Shown here: piece by piece, positions 37,909-46,422 of the stretch
Position numbering within the stretch: position 1 is the stretch's first letter
How the letters are laid out: each line of letters opens with the position of its first letter
Assembly (NCBI GenBank): GCA_900319275.1
Contig: ONNS01000001.1
Span: 19,448-83,447, forward strand
Length of the DNA stretch: 64,000 bases
Reading direction: 5' to 3'
DNA from: an uncultured Eubacteriales bacterium
Lineage (GTDB): Bacteria; Bacillota; Clostridia; Oscillospirales; Oscillospiraceae
The notes under the pieces: generated by a model
Database searches by the model: none
What the model was told of the DNA's origin: nothing
Seen by the model: only the letters and a program-made list of their open reading frames with translations
Program-made: the position numbers and the translations under genes

Positions 37909-38313
37909 CTAAGCGCCGTTCTCTATGTTGAGATACCGATAGCACACTGCTTTTACCGCTTCCTCGCTGTTACGGCCACCGATGGACGCTGCTACGCTCT
38001 CCCAGGAGTTGCCATCGAGAAAGCGCAGGGCAAAGATCACCTTCGTCTGAAAATCCGGGATGCTCATGATCCAGTCCCGGATACCGCTTTCCTCCGACCG
38101 TTTGACAATGCGCTCCAGACGAGCCACGTCGTCAATAGCGATCTGCATGGAGATCGCTATGTTTTCTGTGCCGCGAGTGGCGTTGTGCGCGTGCGGCATC
38201 CCGTCAAAGTGCTGGGCACTGAGGATTTGTCCTTGCATCTTCTGTAAGGTCTCCCTGGCGTCATGAAGTTGGGTAACCATGTCCCGGTGACCGTTCAGAT
38301 CTGCAAGCGTCAT
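37909..38313 (-). CDS. sigma-70 region-4-like / ArpU-RinA-type late transcription regulator (putative)
   Basis: 134 aa; C-terminal KVIFALRFLDGNSWESVAASIGGRNSEEAVKAVCYRYL resembles sigma region-4 HTH; last gene of the early operon. Confidence 0.5.
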   Translation of the reverse strand: MTLADLNGHRDMVTQLHDARETLQKMQGQILSAQHFDGMPHAHNATRGTENIAISMQIAIDDVARLERIVKRSEESGIRDWIMSIPDFQTKVIFALRFLDGNSWESVAASIGGRNSEEAVKAVCYRYLNIENGA

Positions 38314-38581
38314 TGTTCTGCATCACCCCCGTTGAGATCGTAAACTGCTGCATAAAATTTGTCAATTCGACAGTAGAAATACCATCGATAGGCTCAGTGT
38401 CACGTAATACCTGTTCAAACCTGTTATGGATCTGCTCTTCGGTTTCATCGTCAAGAACTAAGGCGAATGTTGGACTGTGCACGAAGCCAATGAGAACCAA
38501 CAGCTTGTGCATACGCCCATCAGCAGATAGCTTTCTCCATTTATTCCAACGATTGAAATGCTTTTTTAGTTTGGAGGTCAT
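38261..38581 (-). CDS. hypothetical protein
   Basis: 106-aa ORF; 3' end overlaps the next gene by 53 nt. Confidence 0.45.
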   Translation of the reverse strand: MTSKLKKHFNRWNKWRKLSADGRMHKLLVLIGFVHSPTFALVLDDETEEQIHNRFEQVLRDTEPIDGISTVELTNFMQQFTISTGVMQNNDACRSERSPGHGYPTS

Positions 38582-38608
38582 TATTTACTGTACTCCTGTG
38601 GCGCGCTG

Positions 38609-38917
38609 TCAATACGGCAAGCCTATATCAACCGGGATCGACACCGGAGACTTGATCCATTTCAGAATATCGTCCACTGTTGTCACAGCATGGCCGCCGG
38701 GAAGAATACAGGTGCCGTCGTAGGCGTTGATATTGCCGATCACATACGAGATAAATGCTGCCAGTTCCGCATCAGAACTGCGCCGGAGTTTGTCACCGTT
38801 GGATGGTGGCGGGGCTTTCATGCCGAACGCGTCATAGCCGGCGGCAAGAACCTTGTCCCTGATCTCTTCCAGCATGGTCTTGTCCATGTTGCGGATGCAG
38901 CAAAGCAGCAACCGCAT
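38609..38917 (-). CDS. hypothetical protein
   Basis: 102-aa ORF; start uncertain (alternative ATG 38887). Confidence 0.5.
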   Translation of the reverse strand: MRLLLCCIRNMDKTMLEEIRDKVLAAGYDAFGMKAPPPSNGDKLRRSSDAELAAFISYVIGNINAYDGTCILPGGHAVTTVDDILKWIKSPVSIPVDIGLPY

Positions 38918-38969
38918 TTCTTCGGCATCTCAATGCCTTTTATCAGAATGCTCAATTCACATTCTCCTT

Positions 38970-39773
38970 TCAAAAGATTTTCATCTGACCGGCAGGCTCG
39001 AAGTTCATCCAAAGAACCTCCCGGCGCTTGGCTGCGGTTTGTGCTCGCACGTCGATCTCCTCACGGTGCCAGTTTTTCAGTGCCTCTCGGTACAGCGGGC
39101 TTTCATATCCTGATAGAAGAACGGGACCGCGGTGCTGCTTGAGTGCATCGAGCAGATCAGCGTGATCGGCATCAGTCATTTCACAAGCGTATTGCTTTCC
39201 GTGCCTGGTACCGAGGAGATACGGCGGGTCTGCGTAGATCAGCACGTTCGGAAAGTTGAACCGGGTGATTACCTCGAGCGCCGGGCGATTCTCGATCTGG
39301 ACCCCGCGCAGCCGTTCCGCGGCCTCTATGATGCGCTGGGGAGTATCACACCATCCCTTGGCAGCATAGGCCGCTTCCCGGCCCTGCACATCGTTTTTCC
39401 AGCCGACCTTGATCTCGTTCGTCCTGAAGCCATGCCCCATCATCAGCTTTGTGCAGAAGACGACGGCTCGTTCAAAACTGCCATTGACACCGGCCTTGTA
39501 TGCATCAATCGCTCGGTCATAGACCTCCCGTGAGTAAGGCGTCCAGTAGATGGCATCGGCCAGACGTTCTGGATCTCGCTTGATCCAGTCGAACAGGTTC
39601 ACCACGTCGCCGTCAAGATCGTTCACCGTTTCGATCGGACTTCGGCTCTTGGTGAACAGCACAGCGCCTGAGCCGAAGAACGGCTCCAGGTAGCTATGGT
39701 GCTGTGGAAAGAAATCGATGATCCACTGTGCAATATTCCACTTTGAGCCAGGGTATTTGACGATAGCGTTCAC
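38970..39773 (-). CDS. dam: DNA N6-adenine methyltransferase (Dam/D12 class), no cognate endonuclease seen
   Basis: KYPGSKW, EPFFGSGAV (motif I) and IYADPPY (motif IV); GTG start forming a GTGA overlap with the upstream stop. Confidence 0.85.
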   Translation of the reverse strand: MNAIVKYPGSKWNIAQWIIDFFPQHHSYLEPFFGSGAVLFTKSRSPIETVNDLDGDVVNLFDWIKRDPERLADAIYWTPYSREVYDRAIDAYKAGVNGSFERAVVFCTKLMMGHGFRTNEIKVGWKNDVQGREAAYAAKGWCDTPQRIIEAAERLRGVQIENRPALEVITRFNFPNVLIYADPPYLLGTRHGKQYACEMTDADHADLLDALKQHRGPVLLSGYESPLYREALKNWHREEIDVRAQTAAKRREVLWMNFEPAGQMKIF

Positions 39774-40081
39774 GGCCTCCCATCCTTGTCCTTTTGAAGA
39801 GCCTGCTCTGCAAGTGCCTGCATAGGCGGAGAAGAAAACAGATCGGCAATCGCTCGCAAGCACTGCCCCATAGCGAAAGCCAGTTCTCTCAACGCGCCTC
39901 CAAGGTTTCGGATTTGCTTCATGCTGCCCTGTATGGCTCGTTCCATCCTCATGGAGTCGTAGTATTTCTGGTACGACCGATCACCGCGCAGATAGTCCGC
40001 CCGAAGAACAGCAGCGTCTCGGCTATAGCCCTCGCTCATAAGGAGCTTGATGAATCTCTTCCTGGTCATGGCATCGATCAC
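39770..40081 (-). CDS. hypothetical protein
   Basis: 103-aa ORF (GTG 40081, or ATG 40069). Confidence 0.5.
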   Translation of the reverse strand: MIDAMTRKRFIKLLMSEGYSRDAAVLRADYLRGDRSYQKYYDSMRMERAIQGSMKQIRNLGGALRELAFAMGQCLRAIADLFSSPPMQALAEQALQKDKDGRP

Positions 40082-40251
40082 TTCCCTTTCTTTGAGATCA
40101 GGTACCGGAAGAGAAAATAGGCCGAGCCTTTCATCCCACAGTTCTCACACTGCTTCTTGAGCGCCGTCGTGGCATTGGTGACCTTCTTGACAGAATAACC
40201 TGACTTCATCGTGTCGGCGCACGTCGGGCATAGGGTAACAATCTTATTCAT
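40078..40251 (-). CDS. small zinc-ribbon protein
   Basis: 57 aa from ATG 40251: CPTC...CENCG; start embedded in an ATGAATAA junction. Confidence 0.5.
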   Translation of the reverse strand: MNKIVTLCPTCADTMKSGYSVKKVTNATTALKKQCENCGMKGSAYFLFRYLISKKGK

Positions 40252-40534
40252 TCTGCAGATCCTCCTCCCAGGGGAATATCCCGTCGAAGTCTCGACAGAA
40301 ATAGTTTGGCGCCGTATAGCAGACGGCGTTCTTGTTGGAGTGCTTTTCGCACATACCACGGTCATCCTCTTTGAACCAGTAGGCGCAGCACCGGCAGCAC
40401 GGGCCGAGCTCGTCATCTTCATCCCATTTCCTGACCAAGACAATCAGGGTAACGGTTAGAGCTACGGCGATAATCAGACAGACCGCCAGTGATATGTTGC
40501 CGGGGGATGATAAAGCTTGCATGATCTTATTCAT
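40244..40534 (-). CDS. small membrane-anchored Cys-rich protein
   Basis: GGAGGAAG RBS, ATG 40534; 96 aa; TM (ISLAVCLIIAVALTVTLIVLV) then CCRCC...C...C. Confidence 0.55.
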   Translation of the reverse strand: MNKIMQALSSPGNISLAVCLIIAVALTVTLIVLVRKWDEDDELGPCCRCCAYWFKEDDRGMCEKHSNKNAVCYTAPNYFCRDFDGIFPWEEDLQNE

Positions 40535-40724
40535 TGGTTGCTTCCTCCTGTTCCTGATCTTTACGCGGAATGATCTTTCTCCGCAGGCCGTCGCGGCATA
40601 AAACAAGCGGCAATTCTTTCCGCCTTTCGTTCTCAGCATCGTCAAAGCCGCAGCGAGAGCAAAAACCTATCGTACTGCAGCCGCCAGCCAGACAGTTCGT
40701 CGGCGGCATTATGCGTTTGCTCAT
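40527..40724 (-). CDS. small Cys-rich protein
   Basis: 65-aa ORF, C..C...CSRCG; second ATGAATAA junction with the downstream gene. Confidence 0.45.
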   Translation of the reverse strand: MSKRIMPPTNCLAGGCSTIGFCSRCGFDDAENERRKELPLVLCRDGLRRKIIPRKDQEQEEATNE

Positions 40725-40733
40725 GTAGTCCTC

Positions 40734-41012
40734 CTATAAGTAATTTTTACCGAACTCCCTGTGCCAGTCCTCCATGGTCCAGCCGTTTTCCTCCATGGCT
40801 TTGCGCTGGGCCCATTGCTTGAGCATCAGGGCAGTTTCCTCGCATTTGTGGGCAGATTTTTTTCCCAGGCGGTGGCAGCGATTTCCGCACAGGGGAACGA
40901 CAAGCCCGTACCTTTCCGATTTCTCCCGGAGAGAACCGGGGAATACATGGTGAATCTCCAATGCATCCCCGTTCCCGTTCCGTCCGCAGAGAAAGCACCT
41001 CTGCTCGTCCAT
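40734..41012 (-). CDS. HNH-motif small nuclease-like protein
   Basis: 92 aa from ATG 41012: CFLCGRNGNGDALEIHHVFPG...CGNRCH. Confidence 0.55.
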   Translation of the reverse strand: MDEQRCFLCGRNGNGDALEIHHVFPGSLREKSERYGLVVPLCGNRCHRLGKKSAHKCEETALMLKQWAQRKAMEENGWTMEDWHREFGKNYL

Positions 41013-41017
41013 GCTGA

Positions 41018-41260
41018 CTACCTCTTTCGATGCTGCCGGGCATTCGGGCAGGTGGCGAAGTGAGACATACGGGCTTTCCCGGTCGGCGGCCCGGTAAAGG
41101 TGAGATCGCAGCGGACGGCATCGCCCCAGTCTGTGATCAGGATCTGCTTTCCGTTTGGATTTGCCTTGTACGGGATCAGCCCCGCATTGCAGGGCATTGA
41201 CTTTCCGGCTTTTGTGCGCAGCCATACAATCGGTGCGCCGCAGGATCTGCAGGTGTCCAT
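41018..41260 (-). CDS. small zinc-ribbon protein
   Basis: 80 aa from ATG 41260 (CRSCGAPIVW...); GAAGGAGGG RBS inside the upstream gene end. Confidence 0.5.
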   Translation of the reverse strand: MDTCRSCGAPIVWLRTKAGKSMPCNAGLIPYKANPNGKQILITDWGDAVRCDLTFTGPPTGKARMSHFATCPNARQHRKR

Positions 41261-41261
41261 G

Positions 41262-42674
41262 TTAATTGCCCTCCTTCTTGTAGAACAGATTGTGCGTACC
41301 GCCGCGCAGCTCCACTTCCTCGGTGCTGCTGACATAGCCAAGACTACCCAGGAGGCGGTAAACCATATCCAGGTCGGGGTCTTCGCTGTAGACGATATGC
41401 CACTGGCTTTCCTCGGCGTCCCATGTTTCACGCCAGTATTTACCCGTGTCGAGGATCCACATTGCGGTAATCAGCGCCGTCCGCTCCGGATGCTGCATTT
41501 TGGCAGAAAGGAACTCCGCGTAATCCAGTTTTTTGGGGCCGCTGCCTTCCTGCATTTTTACACCGAGCATAGCAGCCAGCTCCGTGATGCTCGCATTGTT
41601 GGAATAACCACCGCCGTTCTGCTTCGCGTCGATCATGGCCTCTGTGACGAACTCCAATACGTTCACGTCACGCTTCTGGTACTGATTGAAGTTTTTGACA
41701 AAATCAAGGCGAAGTTTTCTGTGCCGCTCGGTCATTTCTGTGAACTGCCCTTTGAGTTTCTGATAGGCATCCGCACGAATTTTGTCCTCGATTTGCTTTC
41801 GCTCCGCCTCGGGATTTCGCTTCCACTTTTTGTAGAGGGTGATTTCCGTTTCTTTCTGTACGAAGAAATACTCCTCGGCGCCGTCGTCCTCAGGCTTGAT
41901 GGCGTCCTTGCCCTTGTCTCCATATTTGCTATAGTTGGTGACATACTCTACAGGGAAAGTCCGATCACCGATAAATCCGGTTTTCTGGCTGCCCTGCCAT
42001 TCAACCTTGTCAATCTTTGTGGCAAAGGCAGAAACCTGTCCGGCCCATTTGTCGAGCAGAGCCTTGGTCTTCTGATTTTCAATTGCGGCTGAGAGGGCGT
42101 TTTTCCAGTCCTTTGTTCCCAGTTTCCCAAGCAGATCGTCTTTGACGGCCGGATCGTCGATCTTGTCCATCTCGGCAAAATCGAAGAGGGTAGCACCGCG
42201 CTCCACGGCCTTCTTGAATTTCTTCTCGTCCAGTTCGGCGAGCTTTACGCGGCGCCTGACGGTGGCCTCGGAGAAGCCGGACATTGCCGATACATCCTGT
42301 ATCGTTTTTCCGAGATCCAGCATCATCTGGAAGCCCTTGGCCTCCTCATAGATGGACAGGTCAGACCGCTGCATATTCTCTACAAGCATGGTGGCAATCT
42401 GGTCCTCATAGCTCATGTCCACGATGGTGCAGGGCAGTTCTGTGAGCCCGGCCAGCTTCGCCGCACTTGCCCGCCGGTGGCCAATCAGGATGGTATACAG
42501 GCCGTCCATCACACGCTTATGCACCTTCGAGTAATAGGGAACGACCGTCAGATTTTGAAGGACGCCTTTGGCCTTGATGCTCTCTGCCAGCTCGGACAGA
42601 TCGCCGAGCTCTTTTCTGGGATTGTCCGGGTGAGGATTGAGTTTATCAATCGGGATCATCACAATGTCGGCCAT
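41262..42674 (-). CDS. ParB/Srx N-terminal-domain protein with large C-terminal domain
   Basis: 470 aa; IPIDKLNPHPDNPRKELGDLSELAESIKAKGVLQNL, ILIGHRRASAAKLAG, HTH region QDVSAMSGFSEATVRRRV. Confidence 0.8.
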   Translation of the reverse strand: MADIVMIPIDKLNPHPDNPRKELGDLSELAESIKAKGVLQNLTVVPYYSKVHKRVMDGLYTILIGHRRASAAKLAGLTELPCTIVDMSYEDQIATMLVENMQRSDLSIYEEAKGFQMMLDLGKTIQDVSAMSGFSEATVRRRVKLAELDEKKFKKAVERGATLFDFAEMDKIDDPAVKDDLLGKLGTKDWKNALSAAIENQKTKALLDKWAGQVSAFATKIDKVEWQGSQKTGFIGDRTFPVEYVTNYSKYGDKGKDAIKPEDDGAEEYFFVQKETEITLYKKWKRNPEAERKQIEDKIRADAYQKLKGQFTEMTERHRKLRLDFVKNFNQYQKRDVNVLEFVTEAMIDAKQNGGGYSNNASITELAAMLGVKMQEGSGPKKLDYAEFLSAKMQHPERTALITAMWILDTGKYWRETWDAEESQWHIVYSEDPDLDMVYRLLGSLGYVSSTEEVELRGGTHNLFYKKEGN

Positions 42675-42677
42675 GGC

Positions 42678-43355
42678 TTAATCCTCCGGAACGTCATAGG
42701 GAAGCACCTCACGCGGCTCAGCACCGCGATAGGGGCCAACCACACCGCGCTCTTCCAGCATATCCATAAGCCGCGCGGCCTTGGAATAGCCGAGGTTCAG
42801 ACGGCGCTGCAGCAGGCTCACAGTCGCTTTGTTTTCCTGCCTGACCAGGAGCGTGGACGCGGTGATCAGATCCTCGTCGGGATCGCTGCCGTCGCTCGCC
42901 GGATAATCCTCGCTGCCCTCGTCCGATTCATCCGGCTCGAAATCCTCATCCCCGCTGTCGTCGGCCTCAGCTTCATCGATGACGGGCATGGATCCGCTGG
43001 AGAGACCGCGATTGACCATTTCCCGGAAGAAATACAGGAGCCAGTAATCGCACATCTTCGAATAGATGTTTACGAACTTGCTCTGCAGAGCCTTGCTGAT
43101 CGTAAAGGTTCCGTTGAACTTCGTCTTGACGTCCTCGCCGTCCTTGCGGTAGATAACCATGGATGCGTCCGGCGAGATGTAGTCATTCTGCTCAGCGTCC
43201 GCGAGAAGCGAAAGCTGCTCGGTCACGCCCTGAATGGGACGGACGGTCATCGTGATCGGATAGCTCTTGTTGCGGAAGCGATAGGTCAGATCGTGCTCTT
43301 TGCAGAGGTCATCCAGTTTCTTTTTCTGGGCCTCATACTTGCTGATTTCACTCAT
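42678..43355 (-). CDS. protein with C-terminal FtsK-gamma-like winged helix
   Basis: 225 aa; acidic linker; C-terminal KATVSLLQRRLNLGYSKAARLMDMLEERGVVGPYRGAEPREVL matches the FtsK gamma pattern. Confidence 0.6.
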   Translation of the reverse strand: MSEISKYEAQKKKLDDLCKEHDLTYRFRNKSYPITMTVRPIQGVTEQLSLLADAEQNDYISPDASMVIYRKDGEDVKTKFNGTFTISKALQSKFVNIYSKMCDYWLLYFFREMVNRGLSSGSMPVIDEAEADDSGDEDFEPDESDEGSEDYPASDGSDPDEDLITASTLLVRQENKATVSLLQRRLNLGYSKAARLMDMLEERGVVGPYRGAEPREVLPYDVPED

Positions 43356-43367
43356 AGTTTTCTCCTT

Positions 43368-43637
43368 TCAGTTCTGATCTGCCAGCGTCACAATACGTTC
43401 GCAGATGTTTGAGTGCAGATACTCGCGGAAAGCCTCCATGGTTTCCTCCATACAATCAAGACGAATCTTGTCGAGAACAACGTCTTCGGACAAATCAAAA
43501 TATTCGATGAAGAAGGATTCAAACGAATCAATCAATTCTTCGACATTCTCCATCCCCTCAATTCTTTTCCTCTGATCATCGGAGAGCATTTCCTTAGAGT
43601 ACTTTCCGGTGTCCACCAATTGTGTAAATCTGCTCAT
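43368..43637 (-). CDS. hypothetical protein
   Basis: 89-aa ORF in operon. Confidence 0.5.
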   Translation of the reverse strand: MSRFTQLVDTGKYSKEMLSDDQRKRIEGMENVEELIDSFESFFIEYFDLSEDVVLDKIRLDCMEETMEAFREYLHSNICERIVTLADQN

Positions 43638-43647
43638 ATATCTCCTT

Positions 43648-44178
43648 TTATTCCAGTATCAGGAGCAGATCGTTCCATGACGTCTGAACCTGATATTTCT
43701 TCAATTGCTCTTCGGTCACATACTTGTGGCCGAAGATTCTTTTCATGTCGGCCCACGCCGACCAGGGGATGCGGTAGACGCTACCTGACTTATAACCGGC
43801 GAGGACATAGCATCGGGCACCGAGCGCCGACGCCTTCGTCATATAGTCTGCCTGCACATCGCTCACCCTGTCCTGCTCGATCCGGTCGCTCGTGGTGTGT
43901 TTGGCTTCAAAGATCACCGATCGCCCGCCCTTGACGGTGCCCTTGTAATCCGGCTGCGCCTTTTTGAGAAAGCAGCCGATGAAGCGGGTATGCTCCAGGC
44001 GCTTGATGATTTTGAACGGTTCCGGCGTCTTGTCGATCAGGGCAAAGCCGCGCTCCGCGTAATAGGCAAAGCTGCGGTCAAGCCGGTCCTCAAAGGCTTT
44101 TCCCTCGGCCCTGTTCTTCCAGCCCCGGATCAGATTCTCTGGCTTCGGCTGAGGCAGCGGCGGCAATTTATCCAGCAT
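43648..44178 (-). CDS. recU: RecU-like Holliday junction resolvase
   Basis: GAGGAGGAA RBS then ATG 44178; 176 aa; PDYKGTVKGGRSVIFEAKHT matches the RecU catalytic D..E.K region. Confidence 0.72.
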   Translation of the reverse strand: MLDKLPPLPQPKPENLIRGWKNRAEGKAFEDRLDRSFAYYAERGFALIDKTPEPFKIIKRLEHTRFIGCFLKKAQPDYKGTVKGGRSVIFEAKHTTSDRIEQDRVSDVQADYMTKASALGARCYVLAGYKSGSVYRIPWSAWADMKRIFGHKYVTEEQLKKYQVQTSWNDLLLILE

Positions 44179-44189
44179 TTGATTCCTCC

Positions 44190-45131
44190 TCAAAAGAACA
44201 TGAGCTGTCCGTATTTGTTTTCGTTGTAGGCCGTTTCCTCGGCTTCCACGGGTGGTTCCGGCTCGGGGGATATAGTTACAGGGGGTGTGGGGTCCTCGGG
44301 CTCTGGAAGCGGTTGCAACGGGGCAGCAGCGGCCTCGGCGGGCAGCTCCTCGGCTTTCTCTGTCGTAGGGAGCTTGCTGAAGAGCAGCGCCATTGATGCA
44401 GCCAGCCGCCGGATGTGCCATTCTTCCCGGAAATAGAACGGCGTGTACCAGATGTTTCCGTCGCCGCATGGGATCAGGCCGCGGGGATCGTGGAATGTGG
44501 TTGGATTTGCGAGGCTGTCACCGATCTTCACATATCCCGCACAGCCGAGGATGCTCAGCTGCAGGTAGCACATACACCCGACGAGGTAATCGATGTCCTG
44601 GGCAACGAACAGCACCGAAGTCTGGTAGTTGATATCCTTCCTCAGACAGTCATTGGCGAAAGCAACCAGGAGCGCCCCCGCGCCGCAGGCCGGGTCCAGC
44701 ACGGAGACGAAGCCCTTTTGCTCAATCTCGGCCTTGAGTAGATCGAAGTTTGAAACGATCTCGCTCATGCAGCGGCATACATCGTATGGGGTGAAGAACT
44801 GCCCGGCGTGCTCGTTGCCCATCCCGACAGCCATGTACATTTCCCCAAGGAAATCCTGATCGGGATTTCTGTCCATGGCATTGACGAAATCCACGAACAG
44901 CTCAGAGAAAACGAGCAGCTCCTGCGGCTGGTATTTGCTGGCCAGCGTCCTGTAGTGCTTCTCCCTCTCCGTGGCGTGAACCTGATCGACGACGTTGGAG
45001 ATACTGATCGCAGACATGACCACCCAGTCCTCCCAGATTTGCCGGATGGAATACCGCCCGGACAAGGACTCAAACTTTTTGATAAATTCTGCCTGGACGC
45101 CGGTTCTGACGGCGCGTGCTGCCTTTCCCAT
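44190..45131 (-). CDS. N6-adenine methyltransferase-like protein lacking a recognisable (D/N/S)PP(Y/F/W) motif
   Basis: 313 aa; GQFFTPYDVCRCM and LDPACGAGALLV (motif I) present, no PPY/PPF/PPW anywhere; Pro/Glu-rich C-terminal tail. Confidence 0.6.
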   Translation of the reverse strand: MGKAARAVRTGVQAEFIKKFESLSGRYSIRQIWEDWVVMSAISISNVVDQVHATEREKHYRTLASKYQPQELLVFSELFVDFVNAMDRNPDQDFLGEMYMAVGMGNEHAGQFFTPYDVCRCMSEIVSNFDLLKAEIEQKGFVSVLDPACGAGALLVAFANDCLRKDINYQTSVLFVAQDIDYLVGCMCYLQLSILGCAGYVKIGDSLANPTTFHDPRGLIPCGDGNIWYTPFYFREEWHIRRLAASMALLFSKLPTTEKAEELPAEAAAAPLQPLPEPEDPTPPVTISPEPEPPVEAEETAYNENKYGQLMFF

Positions 45132-45172
45132 ATCCCGCGCCTCCTATATCTGTGCGAGATTGTGCAGATGCT

Positions 45173-45850
45173 TCATTCCGGGAACCTCCAGTAATTCGTG
45201 CGGCTATGTTTATCCCATGTATCACGGATAACATAGTCATACTCGCTCCATTCGCCGTATACGAACGCACTGGAAAGGCCGGCGGGGTAACGGCCATCGT
45301 GCCAGATGCGCAGCTGCTCAAGAGCCAACTGCACATCATCCTCGCTGATCGGGTTGTTTTCCCGATAGAAAACCCACTGCGAGGGCTGCTCGATGACTTC
45401 CTCCACGCTTCCCGGATAGAGCGGATTATCTACGCGGCACAGGATGTTCCAACAGAGAGTGCCCTTCATGCGCTTGGTGTTCATGGTGCCAATGACGCGG
45501 GCAATCGCCTCGGCCTCTCTCTGCATCTGGGCCTCCGCAGTCCGCGAGGCCTCGTCTTTGGCCCTGGCCGCCTCGGCCTGCTCGTCATAGAATGCATTGA
45601 TTTTCTTCTCGTACTCGGCGGCATACTGGGCGGAGATCTGTTCTGTGACATCCTTTTTCACACGGTGGGCGGTCACAGCGGAGACACCCAAGGACCAGGC
45701 TACGATCAGGAGCAGTGCGGCGATCAGAATGCCATGCTGTCGGATGAACCGGACAGCCCAGCGTTTTGCAGTGGACGGCAGGGGATTGTTCATGCGGGAA
45801 AAATACGGGTTCCCTTCGCTCCTCACGACAGGGACGGGATAACTCTTCAT
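45173..45850 (-). CDS. membrane-anchored protein, C-terminal SleB-like (cell wall hydrolase) domain suspected
   Basis: 225 aa; TM ILIAALLLIVAWSLGV; coiled region; CRVDNPLYPGSVEEVIEQPSQW resembles the Hydrolase_2 motif. Confidence 0.4.
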   Translation of the reverse strand: MKSYPVPVVRSEGNPYFSRMNNPLPSTAKRWAVRFIRQHGILIAALLLIVAWSLGVSAVTAHRVKKDVTEQISAQYAAEYEKKINAFYDEQAEAARAKDEASRTAEAQMQREAEAIARVIGTMNTKRMKGTLCWNILCRVDNPLYPGSVEEVIEQPSQWVFYRENNPISEDDVQLALEQLRIWHDGRYPAGLSSAFVYGEWSEYDYVIRDTWDKHSRTNYWRFPE

Positions 45851-46422
45851 TTGTGTCCTCCTTTTTCTTTTTCGCCCGGTTCGGGCATTTTCATCATTTC
45901 GGCAAGGGCGGCAATTTGAGGTGCCGCCCTCACGGCCTGTAATCGCTCTTGCGTTCCGGGTGAGAGCAACCTGTTTTCCTGCAGACGGCGGGAGAGGGTT
46001 TCATAGACCATGCGGAAGTTTGCCCGCAGCGCATCAATGTTCTCGCTCTCACAGATCTGCTGCCAGCCGATTCGGCGCACTGTCTCGGCGGTAAGCTCGT
46101 CCATCGAGGCCAGAGCCGCCTCCCCACGCATATAGCCGTATCTACCGACTGCCCTATGTACCTGTTCCCACCCATCGGCCCACGTGGGAGGCAGACCGTT
46201 TACAACGATATCCGCCTCCTGACGGAGAGCGGCAATGGTCGGCGGCTGTGTCTTGGTTTCGAGCCATCGGTTGACAACTGCCGCCATGACGTCGTAGGGG
46301 ATATCTCCCAATTTGCGGTACCAGATTTCCACGGCTTCGGGATTGGGAAAGAGATTCGCCCAGGGAAAGGCCGTCGTGATGCCCTTGGTGATCTTCTCAA
46401 ATTCCTTCACTGTCATTGGCAC
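45847..46422 (-). CDS. replication-associated protein (possible G39P-like helicase loader)
   Basis: 191 aa directly after the replisome organizer; family assignment tentative. Confidence 0.35.
   Translation of the reverse strand: MPMTVKEFEKITKGITTAFPWANLFPNPEAVEIWYRKLGDIPYDVMAAVVNRWLETKTQPPTIAALRQEADIVVNGLPPTWADGWEQVHRAVGRYGYMRGEAALASMDELTAETVRRIGWQQICESENIDALRANFRMVYETLSRRLQENRLLSPGTQERLQAVRAAPQIAALAEMMKMPEPGEKEKGGHK

Noticed and set aside
40244-40645. The long versions of several minus-strand ORFs (40244..40645, 40078..40443, 40734..41225, 41018..41431, 43648..44469, 47752..48246, 50257..50682).
   Set aside because: Their N-terminal extensions overlap the preceding genes, are Arg/Pro-rich and lack an RBS. 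Internal ATGs with GGAGG-type sites and start/stop coupling give the compact gene set reported in the features.
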